Origin: an uncultured Fibrobacteraceae bacterium
GTDB taxonomy: Bacteria; Krumholzibacteriota; Krumholzibacteriia; LZORAL124-64-63
Reading direction: 5' to 3'
DNA: 64,000 bases
Assembly (NCBI GenBank): GCA_964607825.1
Contig: CAZSNA010000003.1
Span: forward strand, 552-64,551
Below, piece after piece: positions 48,258-56,919 of the stretch (position 1 is the stretch's first letter; each line of letters begins with the position of its first letter). The position numbers and the translations under genes are program-made. The notes below the pieces were generated by a model. The model was given only the letters and a program-made list of their open reading frames with translations, had not been told where the DNA came from and ran no database searches.

Positions 48258-48980
48258 ATGAAACGTGCGTGCCTCGCGGCCTGGTTGATCCTGGTCACGG
48301 CCGTGTACGTGCAGGCCGGAAAGACGCTGCAGGTGGAGCCCCTGTCCGGCGAGCCCACGACGGTTTCCGGCTTCGGCGTCATCACAGACGGCGACGACTG
48401 CCTCGTCGGCAACGACAACGGCGTCTTCTACGCGGTCCCCAACTGGATCTGGGGCGCCGAGACCTACACCTACCTCTTCGACCCCCTGGGCACCTGCGGC
48501 TGCGACGTCGGCTTCGAGATCGACGCCGTGCACATGATCGTGCAGTTCGGCGCGGAGGACGTGCCCCAGAGCTTCAACGCCTATGCTGAGGTGGGCGCGG
48601 CGGTCTGGAACGACCAGGCCATGCGCTGGGAGCCCGGCCCAGCCCACTGCACCGGCCCGGTCACCCAGATCGAGATCACCGACGCCGGCCTCTACGACAT
48701 CGTGCTGCCCGTGGACGACTGCGGCTGCATGGAGCTGGTCCACGACTACGCCATCTCCTTCAATCTCGTCGACTTCCTGGCCTCCAGCATCGACGCGGTC
48801 ACCGACGACGTTCCAGAACCCGGCTCGAGCTGGAACGACTACGGTCTGGGCTGGTTCGACCTGGTCCAGGACTTCGGCTACCCCGGCAACCTGCTGATCT
48901 GGGCCGACGCGGACTGCTGCGAGTCCCCGGTGGCCGGCGAGCCCGCGAGCTGGGGCGAGATCAAGTCCTACTACAGGTGA
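48258..48980 (+). CDS. Small Sec-secreted Cys-rich protein of 240 aa ending in SWGEIKSYYR
   Basis: RBS GAGGTAAG, a signal peptide, eight or more Cys (CGC, CGC and CC pairs) and the shared C-terminal motif. Confidence 0.65.
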   Translation: MKRACLAAWLILVTAVYVQAGKTLQVEPLSGEPTTVSGFGVITDGDDCLVGNDNGVFYAVPNWIWGAETYTYLFDPLGTCGCDVGFEIDAVHMIVQFGAEDVPQSFNAYAEVGAAVWNDQAMRWEPGPAHCTGPVTQIEITDAGLYDIVLPVDDCGCMELVHDYAISFNLVDFLASSIDAVTDDVPEPGSSWNDYGLGWFDLVQDFGYPGNLLIWADADCCESPVAGEPASWGEIKSYYR

Positions 48981-49091
48981 TCGGCCCCCCTCGATCCTGA
49001 CTTCCGATAAAATTACCTGACTGCCCAGTTTATTGACACACGGGACGGGTCTTTGACCGATCCACTCCCAGGTTGTCAAAAAATATGCAAT

Positions 49092-49120
49092 TTGCACTAT
49101 AGATATTTTGATTGTATAAT
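49092..49120 (+). promoter_or_regulatory. Sigma70-like promoter TTGCAC-17-TATAAT upstream of 49269
   Basis: tttgcactatagatattttgattgtataat; the surrounding 280-bp spacer is AT-rich. Confidence 0.5.
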
Positions 49121-49268
49121 CGCCTGTTCATGCCCGTTTCTCCCCCTGCGGATACGTGTGGAAATCCCGGGGACCGGCATGGAGCCGCCGGACCTCGGCG
49201 ACGGATGATGGTCCCCGCCTTGCAGCAACCGCGAGGTCGGCCCCATCCACACCTTCGGGAGAGATTGA

Positions 49269-50357
49269 ATGAAGCGTCTTGCCTCGATCGCCCAGATCGC
49301 CCTCTTCGCCGTCCTTGTCCCGGCCTCGGCCGCGCCCGTCGCCGCCGAGCCGCTGACCAACCTGTTCATGCTCCACCATTCCACCGGACGCAACGTCATC
49401 GAGGAAGGCGACGTGCGCGGCTGGATCGACACCCACAACCTGTCCGAGGGCGCGGCCTTCGAGTTCTGGGACCACGACTACAACCACATCGGCCTGACCG
49501 GCCCCGACGGGACCAAGCTGGAGACGTCGTACGGCATCCCAGACGACAACACCGACCCCGACGGCCTGCTCACCCTGTGGACCACGCCCAACGACGCCCG
49601 CGACCAGATCCTCGCCAACCACGAGGTCATCGCCTTCAAGTCCTGCTACCCCGCCTCGGACATCGAGAGCGACACGGAGCTCGAGACGCGCAAGGCCTGG
49701 TACCTGGCCATGCGCGACGTCTTCGACCAGCACCCGGACAAGGTGTTCGTGGTCATGTCGCAGCCGCCGCTGCACCGGCTCAACACGAACAAGGACGCGG
49801 CCGACCGCGCCCGCGCCTTCGCGAACTGGCTCAAGTCGGACGCGTACCTCGCGGGCCACGACAACGTGGTGTGCCTCGACTTCTTCGACCAGTTCGCCGC
49901 GCCCGATGACGGCGCCGACACGGCGAACATGCTGCGCTGGGAGTACGAGCGCAGCCACTACAGTTCCGACTCGCACCCGAACACCCACGCCAACGAGATC
50001 GTGGGTCCGTGGTTCGCGGCGAAGCTGGTGGACGCGGCGTCGGCCCTCGACGCGGCCCTGACCGATGCGGGCGCGCCCCGTCTCGGCCTGGCCCTCGGCG
50101 CCCACCCGAACCCGTTCAACCCGCGGACGACCCTGTCGTTCACCCTGTCGGAGCCCGGCCCGGTCTCCCTGGCCGTCTACGACCTGACCGGCGCCCGCGT
50201 CGCCCTGCTGGCCGACCGCGTCTTCCCCGCCGGCGACCACGCCGTGAGCTGGGACGGCGGCGACGCCACCGGCCGCCCCCTCCCGTCCGGCGTCTACCTG
50301 GCGCGCGCGGCCACGCGCGACGCCGTGCAGACCCGCAGGATGACCCTCGTGCGCTGA
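49269..50357 (+). CDS. Secreted protein with a T9SS type-A C-terminal sorting domain and an N-terminal roughly 280-aa domain of unknown function
   Basis: Signal peptide and a C-terminal 'HPNPFNPRTTLSF...GVYLARAATRDAVQTRRMTLVR'. Confidence 0.75.
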   Translation: MKRLASIAQIALFAVLVPASAAPVAAEPLTNLFMLHHSTGRNVIEEGDVRGWIDTHNLSEGAAFEFWDHDYNHIGLTGPDGTKLETSYGIPDDNTDPDGLLTLWTTPNDARDQILANHEVIAFKSCYPASDIESDTELETRKAWYLAMRDVFDQHPDKVFVVMSQPPLHRLNTNKDAADRARAFANWLKSDAYLAGHDNVVCLDFFDQFAAPDDGADTANMLRWEYERSHYSSDSHPNTHANEIVGPWFAAKLVDAASALDAALTDAGAPRLGLALGAHPNPFNPRTTLSFTLSEPGPVSLAVYDLTGARVALLADRVFPAGDHAVSWDGGDATGRPLPSGVYLARAATRDAVQTRRMTLVR

Positions 50358-50429
50358 CGGATCACCCAGCGATCCGCACGAGCAGAAGCCCCGGCGACAG
50401 CGACCGCCGGGGCTTCGTCTGTATGGGGG

Positions 50430-51005
50430 TTAGCGGTAGAGGGCTTTAAGGGTGCTCCAGGTGACCGCTTCGACCGGATCCCAGATGCAGTCCGGGAAGC
50501 CGCCCATCGGATTCACGACCGCATCCGGCCAGCCGCCGCCGAACCTGCGGTGCAGGAGCACCAGCCCGTTCTGATCGTCCACGTATTCGAAGTGGTCCAT
50601 CCCGTCCGGGAGGCGGAGGTAGAATGAGACCGGGGCCGTATCGGCGGTGACGACGAGCCCCATCCGGAGCAGCAGGACCATCTCCTCGTGCACGGGGTCA
50701 CCGGTGCATGACAGCTCATAGGTCGAGCCTCCGTCTCCGTCGACCCAGCCGTCCATCACCTCGGGATCTCCGAAGTAGCCGACCGTGGTCTCGATCTCGA
50801 ACTCGAACGAGACGGCGGTCACAGGCCGGGAGGGCATGTAGATCGCGACGTAGACGTCGATCAGCTGGAATGGCGCCGAGTATGCGCAGGCCCACGGCAG
50901 AGCCGGATCGAGCGTGACGACGAACATGTCCGCCGCGTGGGATCCCGACTCATCGAACGGAACGAGACAGAGCACGATGAACAGTGCGGCGATCGCGCGC
51001 CTCAT
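50430..51005 (-). CDS. Small Sec-secreted protein of about 191 aa ending in TWSTLKALYR
   Basis: Signal peptide 'RRAIAALFIVLCLVP' and the shared C-terminal motif. Start at the second ATG, which has a GGAAAGG RBS. Confidence 0.6.
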   Translation of the reverse strand: MRRAIAALFIVLCLVPFDESGSHAADMFVVTLDPALPWACAYSAPFQLIDVYVAIYMPSRPVTAVSFEFEIETTVGYFGDPEVMDGWVDGDGGSTYELSCTGDPVHEEMVLLLRMGLVVTADTAPVSFYLRLPDGMDHFEYVDDQNGLVLLHRRFGGGWPDAVVNPMGGFPDCIWDPVEAVTWSTLKALYR

Positions 51006-51063
51006 GTGATCCATACCTTTCCGGGCGATATGATCCGAGTATACGGAAACCCCGCCCCGCCGT

Positions 51064-51330
51064 CTACCGGGCCGCCAACCCCGCGATCACCAGCAACAGC
51101 GCCAGGTTCATCCCGATCACGAAGTGGTAGAACAGCGGTCCCACGCTGCCCGTCTCGGCCTGCGTGAGCACACGGTAGCGATGCACGTACTTGATCAGAT
51201 AGAGCCTGAGGAAGACGAAGCTGATCTTCTCGCCGCGCATCTTCAGCCAGGCGACGATGCGGATGCTCGAGGCGATCCCCCAGATCGCGCTGAGCAGGGC
51301 GAGGGTGAGGAAGGTGTTGCTCGTGTTCAT
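51064..51330 (-). CDS. Small hypothetical membrane protein (88 aa, two or three transmembrane segments)
   Basis: Hydrophobic segments 'FLTLALLSAIWGIASSI' and 'FVIGMNLALLLVIAGLAA'. Sits directly downstream of the AsnB-like gene. Confidence 0.45.
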   Translation of the reverse strand: MNTSNTFLTLALLSAIWGIASSIRIVAWLKMRGEKISFVFLRLYLIKYVHRYRVLTQAETGSVGPLFYHFVIGMNLALLLVIAGLAAR

Positions 51331-51385
51331 GACCGGTCTCCGGTTGTGGGGTTCCGGAGACCAGTACGTGTTCGGAGAGCTTGTG

Positions 51386-53248
51386 TTACCCCGCCCGTGC
51401 GTCGAGGAACTGGCTGAGCGTGAACTCGGGTTCCGCGCCCGGATCCGTCTCGTAGAAGAGCACGTGCCACAGGTCGAGGGTCACCAGCTGCAGGATGCGC
51501 GTGGCGTTGGCCGGCACGTCGTCGAACAGGGCGGCCAGGGGCTCGCGGCGGCAGAGGTCGTCCAGGTAGGGCGAGGCCAGCACGCCGCGGCGTACGCGCG
51601 CCAGGAACGTCTCGTCCAGCAGGTGGATCAGGGGGTTGATGGCGCCGCCCTGCTTGGGGCGATCGACGATGTCCTCTTCCAGCAGCTCGTAGCAGAGACG
51701 CCTGTGCAGCGCCTTGTAGGTGAAATCCTCGGGCGACTCGGGCGGCGCGTGGAAGCGCAGCAAGGTGTCGAGGGCCAGGATGTGGTCGGCCACCGCGCGG
51801 TTGCAGAAGGGCGAGAAGGTCTCCAGGCCGAGCAGGTCGCCCAGGCGGCCGTTGATCTGCAGGATGCCGTGGCAGGCGTAGTCGCGGTTGAGGACGGTGC
51901 AGCCGAAGTCGTAGAGGGCCTCCAGGTCGGTGTGCGGCAGGCCGGTCAGGGGGTAGCGGTCGTCCTCCGGTAGGGGGCGGCGCAGCAGGGCGGCCAGGTC
52001 GCAGTCGCGGAAACCGTAGCGGCCGCACCAGTAGGCCGGGTCGTACGGGGCGACCAGCTTGTTCTCCACCTTGCGCGCGAAGACGTTGTGGCGGCCCAGG
52101 GGCGAGCGGGCCAGTGTGCGCACGCCGACCAGGGCGGGCTCGAGAAGAGGGCCGTACTTGCGCCGCGCAGCCGCGCGGCGACGCACCGGCGCTACGCTGG
52201 CGCCGAAGAGCTGGTCGGCGGTCTCCCCGCCCACCACGGTCTTGACCTTCTCGCCCGCCAGGGACAGGGCGCACCAGGAGAGCATCATGCCCGGCTCGTA
52301 GAAGGGCTGCTCCGAGGCGTGCACCAGGCGCGGGAGCTCCTCGATCTCGGCGCCCTCGACCAGGCGCTCGGTGTGGTCGGTGCCGTAGCGCTCGGCCACG
52401 CGGCGGGCGTAGGGGGCGTCGGTGTGGAAGTCGGTCGAGGCGATGCCGAAGGTGGGCAGCGGACGGTCGGTGCACTCGGCCGCCAGGGCCACCAGGCTGC
52501 TGCTGTCCAGGCCGCCGCTGAGCAGGAAGCCGCAGTCGGGGTCGTGGTCCATCCAGTCGGCGACCGCGCCGGTGAGGATCTCGCGGTAGTCGGCGTAGGC
52601 GGTCTCGGGGTCGGTGATCTTCTCGGCGGGACGGGTCCAGCCGTCGAAGACCTCGACGCGCGTGCGGCCGTCCTCGACCGTCAGGCGCTCGCCGCAGCCG
52701 AGCTGCTTCACGTCGGCGTAGATGGTGCGCGGCGGGGTGGTGTAGGTGTCGGCCAGGTAGTGGTGCAGGGCGCGGTCGTCGAGCCGGGCGCGCGAGCCGG
52801 GGCTGAGCCGCAGCAGCGGCTCGATGCGGTCGGACAGGTAGAGGTAGCCGTCTCGCTCGAGGTGGTAGGCGGTGGTGATGCCCGGGAAACGGTCCTGCAG
52901 CATGAGAGTGCGGTTGCGGGCCACGTCGCGGATGAAGGCGACGCAGTGGCCGTCGAGCCGGTCGGCGAAGTCGTCGCCCAGGGTCGCGTAGAGGTGCAGC
53001 AGGGCGCGGGGGTCGTCGGCGGCCAGTCCATCGGGGAGCTGTTCGAGACAGCCGGTGATCCGGCCCCAGGCGCAGGCCACCACGCCGTCGGCCGCGGCCA
53101 CGGCCGGGGCGACGTCGCGGGCGCCGAGCAGGGCCGCGTCCTCGTCGGCGTGCAGGACGGAGGAACCGCCCAGGGGGTCGACGTCGAGGTTGCCGGGCTT
53201 GGGCCGGTCGCGGTCGAGACGGATGATGGCGACGAAACGGGCGGACAT
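51386..53248 (-). CDS. Asparagine synthetase (AsnB)-family ATP-dependent amidotransferase homologue lacking the N-terminal Cys nucleophile
   Basis: PP-loop 'LLSGGLDSSSLVALA' and an AsnB C-terminal domain. The N-terminus 'MSARF' replaces 'MCGI', so the glutaminase Cys is absent. Confidence 0.75.
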   Translation of the reverse strand: MSARFVAIIRLDRDRPKPGNLDVDPLGGSSVLHADEDAALLGARDVAPAVAAADGVVACAWGRITGCLEQLPDGLAADDPRALLHLYATLGDDFADRLDGHCVAFIRDVARNRTLMLQDRFPGITTAYHLERDGYLYLSDRIEPLLRLSPGSRARLDDRALHHYLADTYTTPPRTIYADVKQLGCGERLTVEDGRTRVEVFDGWTRPAEKITDPETAYADYREILTGAVADWMDHDPDCGFLLSGGLDSSSLVALAAECTDRPLPTFGIASTDFHTDAPYARRVAERYGTDHTERLVEGAEIEELPRLVHASEQPFYEPGMMLSWCALSLAGEKVKTVVGGETADQLFGASVAPVRRRAAARRKYGPLLEPALVGVRTLARSPLGRHNVFARKVENKLVAPYDPAYWCGRYGFRDCDLAALLRRPLPEDDRYPLTGLPHTDLEALYDFGCTVLNRDYACHGILQINGRLGDLLGLETFSPFCNRAVADHILALDTLLRFHAPPESPEDFTYKALHRRLCYELLEEDIVDRPKQGGAINPLIHLLDETFLARVRRGVLASPYLDDLCRREPLAALFDDVPANATRILQLVTLDLWHVLFYETDPGAEPEFTLSQFLDARAG

Positions 53249-53373
53249 GGTCGGCCGTCCTTCGGTTGAGGGCGCGTTGGGCACACCATTACATCATCGG
53301 CGGGGATGGGGGAAGCTTGGGTTGTTTTCGGGTGGGGGGTTCGTGGTATCGCAGGTCGATTCCACAAATACAT

Positions 53374-53389
53374 GGTCCCACGTGGGACC
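53374..53389. repeat. Perfect 16-bp palindrome GGTCCCACGTGGGACC followed by GTGGTTTT
   Basis: Seen in sequence. Confidence 0.8.
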
Positions 53390-53486
53390 GTGGTTTTATG
53401 GGATCGTGAGTCGTTGCAGGTACACTTCGTAGTGATGTCGGTGGGTGGCCACCTATCGCACTTGATCTGTGTACTCATAGTCAAAT

Positions 53487-53510
53487 CCACACCACCACGT
53501 GGTGGTGTGG
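53487..53510. repeat. Perfect 24-bp palindrome CCACACCACCACGTGGTGGTGTGG
   Basis: Seen in sequence. Confidence 0.8.
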
Positions 53511-53573
53511 AATTGAGGATTCATATGGCGTATGTGATTCGCCCCTGGATATAGATGTCGGTTCGACAAAACC

Positions 53574-53593
53574 ACGGTCCCCCGGGGGACCGT
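53574..53593. repeat. Perfect 20-bp palindrome ACGGTCCCCCGGGGGACCGT; on the minus strand it is followed by GGTTTTGT, so it is probably the amidohydrolase terminator
   Basis: Seen in sequence. It shares the GGGACCGTGGTTTT half-site with the palindrome at 53374. Confidence 0.75.
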
Positions 53594-53642
53594 TTTCCTG
53601 TGGATAACCTCGGGGGCCCGGATCCGCTCGCCGCTACGGACC

Positions 53643-55283
53643 TCACCGGATTCGCCGCCCCTCCACCACCACCGCCGCCGCATGCGTCGTCAGCCACGCC
53701 CGCGGATCCTGCCGCGGGTCGTCCGCCAGCACCGTGCAGTCGAAGACGTATCCCGGCGACAGCCGGCCCAGCTCCCCCTCGCGGCCCACCGCGTAGGCGG
53801 CGGCCTCGGTGAACCCGCGCACCGCCTCCTCCCAGTCGAGACGCTGCTCGGGATACCAGCCGCCGGCCGGCTGCTCGTCGGCGTCCTGGCGGGTGACGGC
53901 CGCCCAGACGCCCGGCAACGGATTCCAGTCCTCGACCGGCGCGTCGGAGCCGAAGGGGGTGGGTACGTCCAGCACGGCGAAGGTGCGCCAGGCGTAGGCG
54001 CCCTTCACGCGCTCGGGGCCGACGCGGTCCTCGGCCCAGCGCATGTCGCTGGTGCAGTGGGTGGGCTGCATGCTGGCGATGGCGCCGAGCTTCACGAAGC
54101 GGGAGAAGTCGTCGGGGTGGACGACCTGGGCGTGCTCCACGCGGTGGCGGCGCAGCGGGTTCACCTCGCCGCGCTGGGCGTGGGCGATGGCGTCGAGGGC
54201 CATGCGGTTGCCGGCGTCGCCGATGGCGTGGATCGCCGTCTGGAAGCCGCGGCGGTGCACCTCGGCCACACGGTCGGACAGGGTTTCGGGGTCGGTGACG
54301 GGCAGGCCGCGGTGGCCGGGCTCGTCGCTGTAGTCGGCGAGCAGCAGGGCGCCGCGGCTGCCCAGGGCGCCGTCGGCGTAGTACTTGACGCCGCGCACCT
54401 CGTAGAGGGCGCCGCCGCGGTGGGTGCCGAGCACCTCGAAGGTGCGCTCGTGGCTGCCCTCGAGGTAGCCGAAGAGACGGATGGGCAACAGTCCGCGATC
54501 GGCCAGGTCCTGGGCGATGGCGGCCACCGCCGGCACCTGCCCCATGTCGTGGACGGCGACCAGCCCCGCGTCGGCGCAGGCCTCGAGTCCAGCCAGCAGC
54601 CAGCGCTCGCGCTCGGCCAGGGTGGGGTCCGGCAGGACGGGATCGAGCAGGTCGATGGCGTTGTCGATCAGCACGCCCGTGGGATTCCCCAGATCGTCGC
54701 GCATGATGCGGCCGCCCGCGGGGTCGGGCGTGTGGCGGTCGATGCCCGCCAGCTCGAGCATGGCGCGGTTCAGCCAGGCGGCGTGGCCGTCCACGCGCCG
54801 CAGGTAGACGGGTCGCGCGGTGACGCCCTCCAGATCCTCCCAGGTCGGGAACGCGCCTCCGGGCCAGCGGCTCTGGTCCCAGCCGCGGCCGCGGATGATG
54901 CGCACCTCGGGGCGGTTCAGCGCCCACTCGCGGACGGTCTGCGCGGCTTCGGCCGTCGAGGCCGCGTCGTTCAGCACGACCTGTTCCTTCAACCGGCCGA
55001 TGCCAGAGACATGCAGGTGGGCGTCGTGCAGGCCGGGCAGCGCCAGCTCGCCGGGCAGGCGCACGATCTCCCAGGGCGTGTCCCTGGGCACCACGCCGTA
55101 GAGCTCGAGCACGCGGTGGTCGCGGTCGACGGCGACGGCCTTGGCCACCGGGAAGGCCGGGTCGCCGGTCCAGAAGTCGGGGCCGGCGTAGATGCGGACG
55201 GCCGTGTCGGTGTCCTCGGGGGCCGGTTCGTCGGCGAGGGCGACGGCGGCGAGCATCGTGACGATCGCAAGGGCGCGGAACAT
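53643..55283 (-). CDS. Secreted metal-dependent amidohydrolase (Amidohydro_3 family)
   Basis: Signal peptide, 'HDAHLHVSG' metal-binding His motif, and 'HAIGDAGN', 'HAQ' and a C-terminal 'SDAP' typical of the amidohydrolase TIM barrel. Confidence 0.8.
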   Translation of the reverse strand: MFRALAIVTMLAAVALADEPAPEDTDTAVRIYAGPDFWTGDPAFPVAKAVAVDRDHRVLELYGVVPRDTPWEIVRLPGELALPGLHDAHLHVSGIGRLKEQVVLNDAASTAEAAQTVREWALNRPEVRIIRGRGWDQSRWPGGAFPTWEDLEGVTARPVYLRRVDGHAAWLNRAMLELAGIDRHTPDPAGGRIMRDDLGNPTGVLIDNAIDLLDPVLPDPTLAERERWLLAGLEACADAGLVAVHDMGQVPAVAAIAQDLADRGLLPIRLFGYLEGSHERTFEVLGTHRGGALYEVRGVKYYADGALGSRGALLLADYSDEPGHRGLPVTDPETLSDRVAEVHRRGFQTAIHAIGDAGNRMALDAIAHAQRGEVNPLRRHRVEHAQVVHPDDFSRFVKLGAIASMQPTHCTSDMRWAEDRVGPERVKGAYAWRTFAVLDVPTPFGSDAPVEDWNPLPGVWAAVTRQDADEQPAGGWYPEQRLDWEEAVRGFTEAAAYAVGREGELGRLSPGYVFDCTVLADDPRQDPRAWLTTHAAAVVVEGRRIR

Positions 55284-55293
55284 CGGGATCCTC

Positions 55294-56919
55294 CTAGTAG
55301 GGCAGATCGGTCTGCAGGCTGTCCACCTGCGCCTCCGGCAACCGGAACTGCTCCGGCCGCAACCGCAGCACGTCGCGCAGCCAGTCCTCGGGATAGCCGA
55401 CCTCCTCGGCGTGCCCGTCGACGCGCACGTACCCGTCGTTGTAGCGGGTGATCAGCGCGCCGGCCAGCTCGCGCCAGCGCTCGAAGACCCGCTCGCCGGT
55501 CGACACCGAGTAGGTGGTGAGGTACTGCGCGGCCAGGGCGGGGTCGCGCTCGAACAGGTCGGCCGCGGTGCGCTCCACCGCGGGCGCCATGGCGTCGAGG
55601 TCCGCCTCCAGCTCCGACTGGGCGGCGCGGATGTCGTCGATCATGTAGTCGTACTTCAGCGCGGCGTAGTTGGCGACCAGGTTGAACATCCACCAGGCCG
55701 AGTCCCAGGAGAACTCGGAGAGACGGCCGGTGGCGAAGGACGGCGGGATGTCCGTGACGCCGGCGTAGAGCGGGGTCCAGACCGTGGTGTAGGTGTCGTC
55801 GACGCCGTACCAGAGGCAGCCGCCGACCGGGTCCGGCAGGTCGCGGCGGGACTGGGCGATCATGGAGAAGCCGGTCTGCTGGGTGGAGATGGGGCGCTCC
55901 CAGGTGTACTTGGCGCCGTCGAGTTCGAAGCCCATCGGGCGCCAGCGGTTGGGATTGCCGAAGGGGCCGGCGTCCACGCCGGCGGTCATGTCGAAGTCGG
56001 TGTCCTCGTAGTGGTCGCGCATCAGGGCGCGCACGTCGGCGAGCGAGAGCTTCGCGTCGGGCTTCACCCACAGGGGGTAGTCGACGGTGCCGGGGGCGCC
56101 GCGGTGGAAGTCGGGCGACAGCTCGAGCGACGGCGCGGCGCGGCGCAGCAGGCTCCACACGCGCGTCGAGGTGTAGCGCTTCTTCTGGGGCGTGGCGGGA
56201 TCGTAGACGTCGCGGAAGTTGAAGGGCGCGCCCGCGTCGGGATCGTACCAGCCGTTGGCGATCGCCACCTCGAACACGTTGTCCGAGTAGAGCGTGTGCT
56301 TGTCGTCCGTGGGAAACTCGCCGATGCGCGCCATGTTCGCGTGGGCGCTGACCAGGCCGTCGGGCACCCGGCGCGCCACCCAGACCGCGCCGATCTCGTC
56401 GGCGCCGCAGCCGATCATCTCCAGGATCCACACCTCGCGCGGGTCGCAGATGGAGAACGACTCGCCGGTGGAACGATACCCGTGCTCCTCGACCAGCGAG
56501 GTGATCACCTCCACCGCCTCGCGCGCCGTGCGCGAGCGCTCCAGGGCGAGCTTCATCAGCGTCCAGTAGTGCAGCAGCGCCGAGGTGTTCTGCAGCTCGA
56601 GCCGCCCGTCGAAGGTGGTCTCGCCGATGGCCACCTGGTGCTCGTTCATCAGGTTGACGTAGGCGTAGGTGTGCGGCACCTGGGGGATCTCGCCGTGGAT
56701 GTTCCCGTCCCAGTGTCGGATCACGTACATCGACCCCGGCTCGTGGTCGGCGGCGTCGTTGCGGCGCAGCGTGGCGTGGAAGACGCCGTCGCAGGTGTAG
56801 GTGACGTAGGCCGAGCCGTCGACCGTGGCGCCGGGGGTGACCAGGAGGTTGGTGCAGGCGGCGGCGGGGGCGGCCAGGGCGAGCAGGGCGAGAGCGAGAC
56901 CCGGGATGGCTCGAATCAT
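55294..56919 (-). CDS. C69-family dipeptidase (Ntn-hydrolase, N-terminal Cys nucleophile after the signal peptide)
   Basis: Signal peptide 'LALALLALAAPAAA' followed by 'CTNLLV', with a peptidase C69-like body. Confidence 0.75.
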   Translation of the reverse strand: MIRAIPGLALALLALAAPAAACTNLLVTPGATVDGSAYVTYTCDGVFHATLRRNDAADHEPGSMYVIRHWDGNIHGEIPQVPHTYAYVNLMNEHQVAIGETTFDGRLELQNTSALLHYWTLMKLALERSRTAREAVEVITSLVEEHGYRSTGESFSICDPREVWILEMIGCGADEIGAVWVARRVPDGLVSAHANMARIGEFPTDDKHTLYSDNVFEVAIANGWYDPDAGAPFNFRDVYDPATPQKKRYTSTRVWSLLRRAAPSLELSPDFHRGAPGTVDYPLWVKPDAKLSLADVRALMRDHYEDTDFDMTAGVDAGPFGNPNRWRPMGFELDGAKYTWERPISTQQTGFSMIAQSRRDLPDPVGGCLWYGVDDTYTTVWTPLYAGVTDIPPSFATGRLSEFSWDSAWWMFNLVANYAALKYDYMIDDIRAAQSELEADLDAMAPAVERTAADLFERDPALAAQYLTTYSVSTGERVFERWRELAGALITRYNDGYVRVDGHAEEVGYPEDWLRDVLRLRPEQFRLPEAQVDSLQTDLPY

